The notes beneath the pieces are model-generated. The model saw only the letters and a list, made by a program, of their open reading frames with translations. It was not told the origin of the DNA and searched no databases. 53,289 nt of DNA from Minisyncoccota bacterium. Its GTDB lineage: Bacteria > Patescibacteriota > Minisyncoccia > Phycocordibacterales > UBA918. This document shows, one piece after another, positions 28,690-38,566 of the stretch. Within the stretch, counting starts at the first letter, position 1. Each line of letters begins with the position of its first letter. The translations under genes and the position numbers were made by a program. The stretch lies in the NCBI GenBank assembly GCA_040879435.1, contig JBBDKG010000003.1, positions 1 to 53,289 of the forward strand, given 5' to 3'.

Positions 28690-28719
28690 TCACAACTCCT
28701 CACAATTCCTCACAATTCC
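28690..28719. repeat. 3 x 10-bp tandem repeat TCACAA(C/T)TCC spanning a stop codon
   Basis: tcacaactcc tcacaattcc tcacaattcc. Confidence 0.8.
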
Positions 28720-29080
28720 CCGCCGGCGTATACCCCGCCGCCTCTGCAGCTTCCCTGCTCTCAAACCACACCTGATTCGCTTCCTTTATCCGCCCTGCAC
28801 CCGTACACGTAGGTAGATGATACTTATCACTATTTACCGAACCAACATACTTCCCTTTGTCCGTCACTGAACCGCTGTTACTAGCCTCAGCATCGACGCG
28901 CTCAACCGCCGTTTCCGAGAGTACGATGCTGGCAGGTTGTGAACCCACGGCAGGTTGTGATATAGAAAGCCTCCCAAGCCCAAAGGAGGCCACCGCCATG
29001 AGGATCATGAGGGTGCCGTAGTAGAAGGCGTCGTCGGCACAGAAACGCTTGAATTTCCTTAGAATATCTTGTATACTCAT
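28700..29080 (-). CDS. Membrane-anchored protein with Ada metal-binding-like C-terminal domain
   Basis: TM '[10 protein letters not shown]'; '[15 protein letters not shown]...[12 protein letters not shown]'. Confidence 0.8.
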   Translation of the reverse strand: MSIQDILRKFKRFCADDAFYYGTLMILMAVASFGLGRLSISQPAVGSQPASIVLSETAVERVDAEASNSGSVTDKGKYVGSVNSDKYHLPTCTGAGRIKEANQVWFESREAAEAAGYTPAGNCEEL

Positions 29081-29103
29081 CCCGCTTAACTAGATTATAC
29101 CGT

Positions 29104-29385
29104 ATGTCAACTAAGAAATCCGGCGGCCAAGCTAAAAACCTACGCGACTCAAAACCGAAGTATCTCGGTGTGAAGCGTGCGGACGGCCAAACCATCAAGG
29201 CCGGGCAGATCATCGTGCGACAGCGCGGTACACGCATCGAGGCCGGCAAGAACGTACGGGTCGGCAAGGACCACACGCTCTTCGCCATGGCGGACGGTGT
29301 TGTTGCCTTCAAGAACATGCGAAAGACACGCTTTAACGGCAAGACCGTTACCAAGCGGGCTGCACACGTGGTCGCAGGAGCATAA
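29104..29385 (+). CDS. rpmA: 50S ribosomal protein L27
   Basis: 'STKKSGG...[11 protein letters not shown]', 'IIVRQRGT', 'DHTLFA'. Confidence 0.97.
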   Translation: MSTKKSGGQAKNLRDSKPKYLGVKRADGQTIKAGQIIVRQRGTRIEAGKNVRVGKDHTLFAMADGVVAFKNMRKTRFNGKTVTKRAAHVVAGA

Positions 29386-29399
29386 GTACAAAGCACACG

Positions 29400-29426
29400 A
29401 AAAAACCCGCCATCGGCGGGTTTTTT
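29400..29426. terminator. Bidirectional intrinsic terminator
   Basis: aaaaaacccgcc-atc-ggcgggtttttt. Confidence 0.85.
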
Positions 29427-29443
29427 CATTTTGCCATAGTGCC

Positions 29444-30145
29444 CTAGCGAACGATCTCCACCTTTTCAAGAACGATCGGCTCGGCCGGAATATCACCTGC
29501 CTTGGTCTCAACCTGTCCGATCGCATCGATCACATCCATTCCTTCGATAACACGGCCGAAGACCGGGTGTTTTGAAGAAAGCGGCTCCTTATTGAAATCG
29601 AGTCCGGTGTTATCAACGAGATTGATGAAGAACTGGCTTCCGCCCGAGTTCGGCTGACCGGTGTTCGCCATCGCGATCGTACCGCGTGTGTTTGTGAGCA
29701 ACTCACCCTCCACGAATTCGTCCTGAACAGTGCTGTCCGGTCCGCCACGTCCATACAGTGCTTCGTTGGTTCCCTTCGAGTTCGGGTCGCCTCCCTGGAT
29801 CATGAAGCCTTCGATAACGCGATGGAACTTGGTGTTGTCGTAAAAGCCGGACTCTGCGAGCGTAATGAAGTTACCGGTCGTGATCGGCATCGTATCGGTG
29901 AAGAGTTCGAGTGTGATGACACCTTTGTTCGTCGTGATGCGTGCGTGTGGGTTCATAGTGTTTGAAACGGTTGGATTTGCAATACGTTGTTCTTCCGGCG
30001 TCAGCGGACCAGCGAATGATTCTTCAGCGTCGGTACGGAGTTGATCGCTACCGTCTGACCGTTCTCCGTCCAACAGGACCACCAGACCAGCGATCAGTGC
30101 TGCGGACACGGCAATGGTGAGCAGGATGATTCGTATACTTACCAT
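29444..30145 (-). CDS. Cyclophilin-type peptidyl-prolyl isomerase with N-terminal anchor
   Basis: 'FHRVIEGFMIQGGDP', 'GTIAMAN', 'GSQFFIN', 'HPVFG'. Confidence 0.95.
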   Translation of the reverse strand: MVSIRIILLTIAVSAALIAGLVVLLDGERSDGSDQLRTDAEESFAGPLTPEEQRIANPTVSNTMNPHARITTNKGVITLELFTDTMPITTGNFITLAESGFYDNTKFHRVIEGFMIQGGDPNSKGTNEALYGRGGPDSTVQDEFVEGELLTNTRGTIAMANTGQPNSGGSQFFINLVDNTGLDFNKEPLSSKHPVFGRVIEGMDVIDAIGQVETKAGDIPAEPIVLEKVEIVR

Positions 30146-30150
30146 ACCAG

Positions 30151-30591
30151 CTAAGCTCTCATCACCTCGATGGTGAGTTCTGTTTGTGACTCTCCGGAAC
30201 CGATGGTCACTGTGTGTGTACCAACATCCTTGATCGGTTGATTGATATGGATATACGCTGGTGTGATCGTCACCCCTTCAGATTCGAGTGCAGCCGCGAT
30301 ACGGTCCGACTTGAGCGCCTGAAAGAGGTGGCCCTGCTCGTTGGCCTCTACCGTCACCTGGACGGTCTTTCCGCCAAGTGCGGCGATGGCCTCCTCCAGT
30401 TTTGCGGTTTCCGCGCTATCGATCTCAGACAGCTTCTCCTTGCGCGCACGAACCCGCTTCACATTCTCCGGGGTCGCCTCGGCGGCAAGATTCTGCGGGA
30501 TCAGTTTGTTGAGCGCATGTCCGTGCGGTACCTCTACGATATCGAATCGGCGTCCAACCTTTGCTACGTCCTGAAGCATTATTACTTTCAT
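30151..30591 (-). CDS. rplI: 50S ribosomal protein L9
   Basis: 'MKVIMLQDVAKVG...VEVPHGHALNKLIPQNLA'. Confidence 0.93.
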   Translation of the reverse strand: MKVIMLQDVAKVGRRFDIVEVPHGHALNKLIPQNLAAEATPENVKRVRARKEKLSEIDSAETAKLEEAIAALGGKTVQVTVEANEQGHLFQALKSDRIAAALESEGVTITPAYIHINQPIKDVGTHTVTIGSGESQTELTIEVMRA

Positions 30592-30661
30592 ATTCCGTGA
30601 TTATCCGCTGCTAGTGGGCGGTACTATACCACAGTTTCCGGTCCTGAAGCCACATACTGGA

Positions 30662-31969
30662 TCATTCCTCTCCAATGTTGTGATTGCCCCGCAACCACTC
30701 CAATGCCGCCTCCTGCTGCGGATCGGCTCCTTCGATCACCTGTTGTGGTGTACGGCTGATGCGAATGTTCGGTTCCAGTCCACCGTTGCCAAACGAGACG
30801 CCTTCTGGTGTGAGCCAGCGTGCGATAGTGACCTTGAGCGATGATTTCTTCGGCAGGCTCACCAGCTCTTGTACCGATCCTTTTCCGAACGTTGTTTCGC
30901 CGATCAATGTTGCCACGTTGTGTTCCTTGAGCGCACCGGCAAGGATCTCGGAAGCTGAGGCTGAACCTTCGTTCACAAGCACGACCATGTTGTCCGGAGT
31001 GAATTCATACACCACGCGGCCGCGACTGCGATACAGTTCTTCGGACTGCCCTTCACCGAACTGTTCACGTACGATCACCTTGCCTCCCGGAATGAAGTAG
31101 CTGCCGATCGAGACGGCGCTTTCAAGATAGCCGCCAGGATTTCCCCGCAGGTCAAGCACCAGTTTGGTGGCACCACTCTTTGCAAAATTCCGCAGCTCTT
31201 CCTGCATCTTCGATTCCGCAAGTCCGTTGAAGCTATACAACCGGATGATGTATACGTCACCGATCCGCTCAGCGTCCACGGTCGGGATCGCGATCGTGTC
31301 CCGTATAACCGGAATGGTCAAAAGATCGTTCTCGCCATCGCGGTATACCGTCAGTATGACCTCGGTCCCCTTCTCCCCGCGAATCAAACGCACCGCCTCG
31401 TCGATGGTCATGTTGTTGGTGTCGGTCTCATCGATCCGTACGATGGCGTCCCCTGCAACGATACCTGCTTTCTCGGCAGGTGTATTTGGAAGCGGAGCGA
31501 TCACTGTGACCACGCTGTCACGAATACCGACCTCCATACCCACACCTTCGAAGTTCCCAGAGATGTCCTGCTCGAACTGCTCTGCATCCTCAGGCGGAAG
31601 GAATACGGTGTATGGGTCACCGAAACTTGCGACCATTCCCTGGATCGCACCATGAATCCTGTCCTCTGCGGTCACCGGATCGGTCGATGTGCTCGCGACG
31701 TACTTCTCGTCCATTAACTCCCATACACGCCAGAACTCATCGAGGTCGACCGACTCTGATGGTTCGGACCGACCAGAAAAGAGGAACGAGAACAGCCCTG
31801 CCTGCTGAGAATCAGTGTCGATTCCCGAGCCGATCTGCATACCGGAAAAGAACGCGGCTGACGCGAACACGATCGCAAGCCCGAAGCCCAACAACCCTGC
31901 CCCACTCTGCCGTCGCTCTACGTCCCCGTTCTCCTGTTCCTGCTCATATGTATCGTTCATCGGCTCCAT
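30662..31969 (-). CDS. S41-family carboxy-terminal protease with PDZ domain
   Basis: 'DPYTVF', 'GVGMEV', 'DLRGNPGG', 'SASASEI', 'FGKGSVQ'; start ATG 31969 or 31960. Confidence 0.94.
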   Translation of the reverse strand: MEPMNDTYEQEQENGDVERRQSGAGLLGFGLAIVFASAAFFSGMQIGSGIDTDSQQAGLFSFLFSGRSEPSESVDLDEFWRVWELMDEKYVASTSTDPVTAEDRIHGAIQGMVASFGDPYTVFLPPEDAEQFEQDISGNFEGVGMEVGIRDSVVTVIAPLPNTPAEKAGIVAGDAIVRIDETDTNNMTIDEAVRLIRGEKGTEVILTVYRDGENDLLTIPVIRDTIAIPTVDAERIGDVYIIRLYSFNGLAESKMQEELRNFAKSGATKLVLDLRGNPGGYLESAVSIGSYFIPGGKVIVREQFGEGQSEELYRSRGRVVYEFTPDNMVVLVNEGSASASEILAGALKEHNVATLIGETTFGKGSVQELVSLPKKSSLKVTIARWLTPEGVSFGNGGLEPNIRISRTPQQVIEGADPQQEAALEWLRGNHNIGEE

Positions 31970-32048
31970 TATTACACACAGGTTAGTGTTGGCAAAAGAA
32001 CAGCAAAACAACGTGGATGAGGCGGGTTGCGTCTGGTAGACTAGCGGT

Positions 32049-33509
32049 ATGTTCAATCTATTTTCGAGCAGTGTGAGTACGGAGCATCCCATTATGCTCT
32101 TCAATACCGCGACACGAACAAAGGAGGAGTTCAAACCGATACGCAAGAACTCGGTGCTTTTGTATTCATGCGGACCAACCGTCTATGACCATGCACACAT
32201 TGGAAACCTACGCTCATATCTCGTTCCCGACCTCATCCGACGGCTACTCCTTCGAAGCGGATACACCGTCAAACACACCATCAATGTCACCGATTTCGGC
32301 CACCTCACCGATGACGGTGACGACGGAGAGGACAAGATCATGAAGGGTATGCGGCGTGAGGGTTACGAGATCACGCTCGAGAATATGCGAAGCTTTGCAG
32401 AACCATACATTGCATCGTTTCGGAAGGACCTTGCAGACTTCGGGAACCTGGAGCCCACCGACCTCACACGCGCAAGCGACTACGTCGCCGAGCAGATAAA
32501 GATCATCGAAACGCTCATAGAGAAAGGCTATGCATACGAAGCCAGCGATGGTGTGTATTTCGATGTGGGCAAATTCCCATCCTATGGCGTGCTTGGTAAC
32601 GTGGACATTGAACAGTTGCGGGCAGGCGCCCGTGTCGAAGTAAATCCTGAGAAACGCCACCCTGCTGACTTTGCGCTCTGGAAGAATGCATCACTCGGAT
32701 GGAAGAGCCGGTTCGGTATCGGATTTCCCGGATGGCACATTGAATGCACCGCTATGGCATTTGCGACCCTCGGCAAACAGATCGACATCCACACCGGCGG
32801 CGAGGACCTCATGTATACACACCACAATGGTGAGATCGCGCAGGCTGAGAGCGTCACCGGCAAACAATACGTGCGATACTGGCTTCATAATGCATTTGTG
32901 ACCGTGAGTGACGACCGTATGGCGAAGTCAAAAGGAACAGGCATCCGGCTTGAGGACCTCGCAGCACGCGGCTTCTCCCCTACCGACTACCGCTACTGGC
33001 TCCTCACAAGTCACTATCGCTCGCCGGTCAATTTCACTTTCGAGGCCCTCGAAGCCGCACACCAAGCGCTCACCCGTCTCAAACGGTTCGTATACATAGA
33101 CTGTGCTGATGTACGTGCATCATACCCGCACGAGAAGTATGAACACGCGTTCCTCAAAACGATCTCTGATGATCTGGATACCCCGAAGGCACTCGCTGTA
33201 TTATGGGAACTTATGAAGGATCAGACCGTCACAAAAGAACAAAAGCTCGCCACGCTCCATACATACGACGCCATCCTCTCCCTCGGTCTCTGCGACACCG
33301 TCACTGAAGGACAGGCTGCGCTCGGTCATCTTGAGACGAAAACAGCACCTGAGGAGGTGCAGAAACTCCTTGCTGAGCGGGAGAAGACACGTGCCGCAAA
33401 GAACTGGTTGCGGGCCGACCAGCTCCGCGATGAGATCGAAGCTCACGGCTATACTATCGACGACACACCAAGCGGCCCTCGTCTTAGCCGTACCGCGTCT
33501 GACGCGTAG
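32049..33509 (+). CDS. cysS: Cysteinyl-tRNA synthetase
   Basis: 'CGPTVYDHAHIGN', 'DFALWK', 'PGWHIEC', 'RMAKS'. Confidence 0.97.
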   Translation: MFNLFSSSVSTEHPIMLFNTATRTKEEFKPIRKNSVLLYSCGPTVYDHAHIGNLRSYLVPDLIRRLLLRSGYTVKHTINVTDFGHLTDDGDDGEDKIMKGMRREGYEITLENMRSFAEPYIASFRKDLADFGNLEPTDLTRASDYVAEQIKIIETLIEKGYAYEASDGVYFDVGKFPSYGVLGNVDIEQLRAGARVEVNPEKRHPADFALWKNASLGWKSRFGIGFPGWHIECTAMAFATLGKQIDIHTGGEDLMYTHHNGEIAQAESVTGKQYVRYWLHNAFVTVSDDRMAKSKGTGIRLEDLAARGFSPTDYRYWLLTSHYRSPVNFTFEALEAAHQALTRLKRFVYIDCADVRASYPHEKYEHAFLKTISDDLDTPKALAVLWELMKDQTVTKEQKLATLHTYDAILSLGLCDTVTEGQAALGHLETKTAPEEVQKLLAEREKTRAAKNWLRADQLRDEIEAHGYTIDDTPSGPRLSRTASDA

Positions 33510-33591
33510 CACTTGTACACAGCATACGCACAGAATCCACAACGTTGCGGCAAATCCGTCGAGTGGTTTGTCGTGGTAGAATGAACGAACT

Positions 33592-36273
33592 ATGGCGGAA
33601 GTCACTCCATTCACGACCCCGGTCGCAACAAGCAAACGACTGCGTACGCCGCCGCACGATCTCGATGCGGAACGGGCCCTTCTCGGTGCGATCATACTGA
33701 AGCCCGATACGATGCACGACGTTTCAACTATTGTGCACCCGGAGAGTTTTTATGCAGACAAACATCACGAGGTCTACCGCGCGATCATGAACCTGTTCAC
33801 GAAGGGTGACCCGATCGATCTTCTGTCTGTATCCACAACCCTCAAGAGCATGAAGCAGCTCGAACGCATTGGCGGCGCGAGCTACCTCTCGGAACTCATT
33901 GAGAATGTACCGGCAGCCGGCAACGCCGTATACTACGCCGGACTTGTGCACGGCAAGGCGATCCTGCGCGGACTCATCGAGGCCGCTGATGAGATAGCCG
34001 AACTGGGTTTTTCTGACCCCGATAGTGTGGAAGAGGTGCTCGATCAGGCAGAAAAGAAGGTATACAACGTCACCAACGCATCGGTCTCACAGAAGTTTAA
34101 GACAATCGGCAGTTCACTCTCTGAAGCATGGGAACGCTTCGAGCACTTGAGCGCGAACCACGAAGAGCTTCGTGGTGTTCCGACCGGCTTTGCCTCCCTG
34201 GACAACCTCCTTTCAGGACTCCAAAAATCAGACCTTATCATCCTCGCTGCACGTCCATCGATGGGTAAGACGACATTCGCGCTCGACCTTGCCCGCAATG
34301 CCGCTTTGAAATACAAGGCCTCTGTCGGTATCTTCTCGCTTGAAATGAGCGACCAGCAGCTCGTGGACCGTATGCTCGCAGCAGAGGCGGGGGTGGACTC
34401 ATGGAAACTGCGTACTGGCCGTTTGAAGAGCGATGACGAGTATGAAGCCCTCCAATCTGCGATGACTCGCCTTGCCGAGGCGCCGATCCACATCGTCGAC
34501 CAACCTGGTAACAATATCCTCAACATGCGCTCAGCGGCGCGGCGCCTCAAGAATGAGCATAGTCTTGACCTCATCATCGTCGACTACCTCCAGCTTATGA
34601 ATCCAACCGCAACAAAGGCGAGCGACTCAATGGTGCAGCAGGTCACTGAGATCTCACGGTCCTTAAAGACCCTTGCGCGTGAGCTCGATGTGCCGGTTCT
34701 CGCGCTCTCCCAGCTTTCTCGTGCAGTGGAGCAGCGCGGCGGGAAGCCACGCCTCTCCGACCTTCGTGATTCTGGTTGTCTCACCGGTGATACGCTCGTA
34801 CAACGCGCCGATACGGGTGAACGAGTACCGATTGAAACACTCATCGGACAGACGGACATCCCTGTGGTCACCATGGACGCGTCGTACCGACTGCGCCCGA
34901 TGCTTGCTTCGAAGATATTCAGTAGCGGCAGAAAGCGTGTATTTGAAATGACACTTAGAAGCGGTCGCACCATAAAAGCGTCTGGCAACCACAAGTTCTT
35001 GACGCTCCATGGATGGCAGCGCCTTGATGCATTGCAGGAGAACGATCGTCTGGCAACCCCCCGTCTTTTGACCGCTACCGAAGCGCCGTCCCGTCTTTCC
35101 ACACAAGAGCTCATTCTGCTTGCGCACCTCATTGGAGACGGCTGCGTACTGCCGCGCCAGCCGATCCACTACACAAGCGCTGATCCGAAGAACCTTGACG
35201 CAGTCGAGCACGCCGCGAAGGAGCTTTTCAATATCGTGCCGCGACGTGTTGCGCAGTCAAATTGGTGGCATACATACCTGTCGTCTCCCTATCGGCTCAC
35301 GCATGGGAAGCGCAATCCAATCACTACGTGGTATGCAGCACTTGGTATACAGCCAGTGCGATCGTACGAGAAGCGCGTCCCACAGGCGGTGTTCGCATCC
35401 GACAGCATGAGTATTCAGCTCTTCCTGCACCATTTATGGGCAACCGACGGAAACGTGTCATGGAAAAAACTACCCGGCCGCTTGCCCGCTGCCGCTATCT
35501 ATTACGGCACGACCAGTCGCGGGCTCGCCGAAGATGTGCAGCACCTGCTCTTGCGACTAGGCATTTGGAGCACTGTACGGACAACCACAAAACGTGGTTA
35601 TCGTCCTTCATACCATGTGCACGTACAAAGTGCTCCGGTGCAGCAGCGATTCCTTGAGCTCGTTGGTTGCTTCGGATCGCGTGGAGCAGTCGTTCCGGAA
35701 CTGAAGGAAGCGTTAGCGAACATCGCTCCCGTCACGAACACCGATACGGTACCACGGGAAGTGTGGGACCTTGTTATCAAACCTGAGCAAGCCGAACGTG
35801 GCGTCACTGGACGTGAGCTCGCAACGTTGATGCAGACGGCATACAACGGCACTGCAGTGACCGCAGCCGGAATATCCCGACCGCGACTCACAAAGCTTGC
35901 CGCTGTGCTTGGAAGCGAGCGACTGTCACACCTCGCGGAGTCCGATGTGTACTGGGATGAGGTGAAGACGATCAAACCACTCGGTGTCGAGGAAGTGTAT
36001 GATATGACCGTACCAGGTACGCACAACTTTGTGGCGGGTGATATCATCGTCCATAACTCTATCGAGCAGGACGCCGACGTCGTCATGTTCATTCACCGCG
36101 AGGACAAGCAGAACAAGGAGTCAGAACGTCCGAACATTGCAGAGATCCTCATCGAAAAGCACCGAAACGGGCCGGTCGGTATGGCAGAGCTATACTTCGA
36201 TGAGAAGCACGTGCGCTTCCTCAATCTTGACACCCACCACACAGCAGACAGCACCAATTCGGACGACTTCTAG
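33592..36273 (+). CDS. dnaB: Replicative DNA helicase DnaB containing an intein
   Basis: 'ILAARPSMGKT', 'DYLQL', 'SQLSR', 'SDLRDSG' + intein + 'SIEQDAD'. Confidence 0.97.
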   Translation: MAEVTPFTTPVATSKRLRTPPHDLDAERALLGAIILKPDTMHDVSTIVHPESFYADKHHEVYRAIMNLFTKGDPIDLLSVSTTLKSMKQLERIGGASYLSELIENVPAAGNAVYYAGLVHGKAILRGLIEAADEIAELGFSDPDSVEEVLDQAEKKVYNVTNASVSQKFKTIGSSLSEAWERFEHLSANHEELRGVPTGFASLDNLLSGLQKSDLIILAARPSMGKTTFALDLARNAALKYKASVGIFSLEMSDQQLVDRMLAAEAGVDSWKLRTGRLKSDDEYEALQSAMTRLAEAPIHIVDQPGNNILNMRSAARRLKNEHSLDLIIVDYLQLMNPTATKASDSMVQQVTEISRSLKTLARELDVPVLALSQLSRAVEQRGGKPRLSDLRDSGCLTGDTLVQRADTGERVPIETLIGQTDIPVVTMDASYRLRPMLASKIFSSGRKRVFEMTLRSGRTIKASGNHKFLTLHGWQRLDALQENDRLATPRLLTATEAPSRLSTQELILLAHLIGDGCVLPRQPIHYTSADPKNLDAVEHAAKELFNIVPRRVAQSNWWHTYLSSPYRLTHGKRNPITTWYAALGIQPVRSYEKRVPQAVFASDSMSIQLFLHHLWATDGNVSWKKLPGRLPAAAIYYGTTSRGLAEDVQHLLLRLGIWSTVRTTTKRGYRPSYHVHVQSAPVQQRFLELVGCFGSRGAVVPELKEALANIAPVTNTDTVPREVWDLVIKPEQAERGVTGRELATLMQTAYNGTAVTAAGISRPRLTKLAAVLGSERLSHLAESDVYWDEVKTIKPLGVEEVYDMTVPGTHNFVAGDIIVHNSIEQDADVVMFIHREDKQNKESERPNIAEILIEKHRNGPVGMAELYFDEKHVRFLNLDTHHTADSTNSDDF
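34777..36057 (+). mobile_element. Intein (427 aa) with LAGLIDADG homing endonuclease domain
   Basis: Starts Cys 'CLTGDTLV', ends 'IIVHN' before extein Ser; 'LAHLIGDG' and 'HLWATDG' endonuclease blocks. Confidence 0.95.
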
Positions 36274-36289
36274 TTCACCACCCCCAGCA

Positions 36290-36907
36290 ATGAGTTCCCT
36301 TGATACATTGATAGCAAAATTCGAGAAGTTTCCCGGCATCGGCGCAAGACAAGCACGCCGGTTCGCGTTTCATATCCTCACCATGCCGAAGGAGGATACC
36401 GCCGAACTTGCACAGCTCATCACAACACTCCACGACTCTGTCACTGAATGCAACCTGTGCCATCGATACTTTGCACAGAATGGGACGCGAAGCGGGGTCT
36501 GCACCATCTGCGCCGATACACTGCGTGACCGCACCAAGCTGCTTATCGTCGAACGTGACTCGGACATTCCCCCACTCGAACGGTCTGGTGTGTATGACGG
36601 CCTGTATTTCGTACTCGGCGGCACCATCCCCCTTTTGAATACGAACGCTACGCAGAAGCTTCGCGGCGGCGGGTTGAAACAGACGGTGAGCGAACGACTA
36701 CCAGAAGGGCTGTCTGAGATCATCCTCGCCTTCTCAGTGAACCCTGATGGCGAGAATACCGAACGGTATGTCCGGACTCTGCTTGCGGAAGTACTCGAGG
36801 GTCATACGATCACGATCTCCCATCTCGGCCGCGGTCTTTCAACCGGCTCAGAACTCGAGTATGCCGACCCTGAGACGCTCAGAAATGCTCTTAAGAACAG
36901 GCAGTAG
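36290..36907 (+). CDS. recR: Recombination mediator RecR
   Basis: 'FPGIGARQARR', C4-type 'CNLC..CTIC', Toprim domain, 'GSELEYAD'; start ATG 36290. Confidence 0.95.
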   Translation: MSSLDTLIAKFEKFPGIGARQARRFAFHILTMPKEDTAELAQLITTLHDSVTECNLCHRYFAQNGTRSGVCTICADTLRDRTKLLIVERDSDIPPLERSGVYDGLYFVLGGTIPLLNTNATQKLRGGGLKQTVSERLPEGLSEIILAFSVNPDGENTERYVRTLLAEVLEGHTITISHLGRGLSTGSELEYADPETLRNALKNRQ

Positions 36908-36970
36908 CGGCGCTGGTGGTATCCTTTAAACGCGGTATCATTTTGGTAGAGAGCAACCGGAGGATGTCTG

Positions 36971-37174
36971 ATGTCTTCAGTACAGAACTTCATACGTGTC
37001 GTTGACAATATGGGAAAAGATGCAGTTGCCACCTGCACCCGCTGCGGCTACTCGAAACTTGCGCATAAGAACGGTACGGCGTCGTTCCTTTCACCGAGCG
37101 CGAGCGATCGCGTTATGGACGGAAAAACGCACTCGCTGACCACGTGCCTCAACGCAGGTGGGTTCAAGGGATAG
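36971..37174 (+). CDS. Small hypothetical protein with CxxC (possible Zn ribbon), SD-led
   Basis: GGAGG 36959-63; 'CTRCGY...H...C'. Confidence 0.6.
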   Translation: MSSVQNFIRVVDNMGKDAVATCTRCGYSKLAHKNGTASFLSPSASDRVMDGKTHSLTTCLNAGGFKG

Positions 37175-37239
37175 GTTTGACTTTCCTGCGACAAGATGTC
37201 ATAATCTTAGCAGAAGAATAAGCATACAGGGAGGCCATA

Positions 37240-37503
37240 TTGTCAGCGACAACAACAGGAGCAGACATGACGGCCTTGAATGCGGCACATATCCCGTATC
37301 TGATAATGATGGTGCGGGACAAGTACTACCCAAAACATTCGTTCAGGGAAATCCGAGTGAAGTTCGAGCGGCAATTCCAGCTACTCGTTCACTCACCGGT
37401 TTCTGCCACAAAACTGCTGGCAGAGATGTGCGAATGGAAACAAACAAAGAGCCTCCGTGAGCTCTCTGATCTCCAATTCGCATACGCAGATTCCCTAAAC
37501 TAG
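37240..37503 (+). CDS. Hypothetical protein (ORFan, SD-led, TTG start)
   Basis: TTGACT-17-CATAAT promoter; GGAGG 37230-34; terminator follows. Confidence 0.6.
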   Translation: MSATTTGADMTALNAAHIPYLIMMVRDKYYPKHSFREIRVKFERQFQLLVHSPVSATKLLAEMCEWKQTKSLRELSDLQFAYADSLN

Positions 37504-37510
37504 AACAAAA

Positions 37511-37540
37511 AACGGGCTCCCTTTGGAGCCCGTTCTCTTT
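37511..37540. terminator. Intrinsic terminator between convergent genes
   Basis: aacgggctcc-cttt-ggagcccgtt flanked by A- and T-rich tracts. Confidence 0.75.
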
Positions 37541-37544
37541 ATAT

Positions 37545-37964
37545 TTAGCCGAGTGCTGTGATCTCAACCTTCGCGTATTTCTGGCGATGACCGATCTTGC
37601 GGTCTCGGTTAGATTTTGCCTTGAAACGGACGATGGAGAGCTTCTTCCCCTTCTTGAGGCCGAGGTATGTGCCGGTCACTTTCGCGCCGTCGATGTATGG
37701 CGTGCCGATGGTTGCTCCCTTTCCGTCGTCAGAGAGGAGTACTTTATCAAATACAACTTTATCGCCTTCGTTCATCTCGCCGGAAAGCAATTCGACGTCA
37801 ATCACGTCTCCCACTGAAACAATGTATTGCTTCCCTCCTGTCTCGATTACTGAGAAATCCTCACTCGGCGCAGTCTTTCGCGCAGGAGCCTTCTTAGCAG
37901 GTGCTTTTTTCGCCGCCACCTTCTTTGGAGCAGCTTTCGCTTTGGTTGCCGTCTTCTTGGTCAT
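37545..37964 (-). CDS. rplU: 50S ribosomal protein L21 with Lys/Ala-rich N-terminal extension
   Basis: 'VIETGGKQY', 'GTPYI', 'GHRQKY'; start ATG 37964. Confidence 0.95.
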   Translation of the reverse strand: MTKKTATKAKAAPKKVAAKKAPAKKAPARKTAPSEDFSVIETGGKQYIVSVGDVIDVELLSGEMNEGDKVVFDKVLLSDDGKGATIGTPYIDGAKVTGTYLGLKKGKKLSIVRFKAKSNRDRKIGHRQKYAKVEITALG

Positions 37965-38051
37965 AGTGGGCGCTATAGTACAAGATATACTTGTATTTTG
38001 CAATAGTTTCCGATATGGTTCCTGATAGGTTCATGAATGGTGGAGGTAGTT

Positions 38052-38237
38052 ATGACGGCAGCGTCATTCTTGGGGGTACTCGGCTTCTGTGGACTGGCCG
38101 CGTGTTCCCTGCTCTACGTGCCCGACAGCACGCTTGAGCGAGCACATGACTTTCTTTTCCGCATCCGTTCCGCTTTCGATCGCCGGCCCCATGGCCGGCG
38201 ATTTCTCTTTTTATCTGCTATTGCCAGCAGCAGATAA
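38052..38237 (+). CDS. Small hypothetical membrane protein, SD-led
   Basis: GGAGG 38042-46; N-terminal hydrophobic helix. Confidence 0.5.
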   Translation: MTAASFLGVLGFCGLAACSLLYVPDSTLERAHDFLFRIRSAFDRRPHGRRFLFLSAIASSR

Positions 38238-38284
38238 CCGTTGTATTATGCATATAGGTACGTTCACAGGCGGGAGCACAGAAA

Positions 38285-38554
38285 ATGCGTAGAATCGAGA
38301 TATCGGACGAAATGAAGGGTATGGTCCTCGAATACATTCACGCCGGCGGCGGCTCTACTGCCGAGGGGTACGTGGATCGCGACCAGAAGCTTCGCGCAGC
38401 GTTTGCAGATCGGTTCAGGAAGGATTTCCAACTCACTGTCGGCGAAGCGTTCGACCAAACGGTGGAGGTCCTGATCCGGGACGAACTGATCACCAAAGAC
38501 AATGCTCATAAGCCAGGGTGTGTCTACCACGCTCTCGCGAAAGCTGCCGTTTAG
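38285..38554 (+). CDS. Hypothetical protein (ORFan; possible winged helix)
   Basis: GGGAG 38272-76; terminator follows. Confidence 0.6.
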   Translation: MRRIEISDEMKGMVLEYIHAGGGSTAEGYVDRDQKLRAAFADRFRKDFQLTVGEAFDQTVEVLIRDELITKDNAHKPGCVYHALAKAAV

Positions 38555-38566
38555 GGCACTGATTCG

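Noticed and set aside
28695-28719. Resemblance of AATTGTGAG to a lac operator half-site or vector contamination
   Set aside because: Only a half-site, embedded in native coding sequence, with no other vector sequence.
33510-33545. DnaA boxes / oriC upstream of dnaB
   Set aside because: Only two mismatched 9-mers (ttgtacaca, gaatccaca) and no A/T-rich unwinding element.
36029-36289. Long N-terminal extensions in the ORF track (recR 36029, gltX 17621, S41 protease 32146, FAD oxidase 49772, dnaK 748, membrane gene 4406)
   Set aside because: They overlap neighbouring genes or terminators; family homology begins at the downstream ATGs used above.
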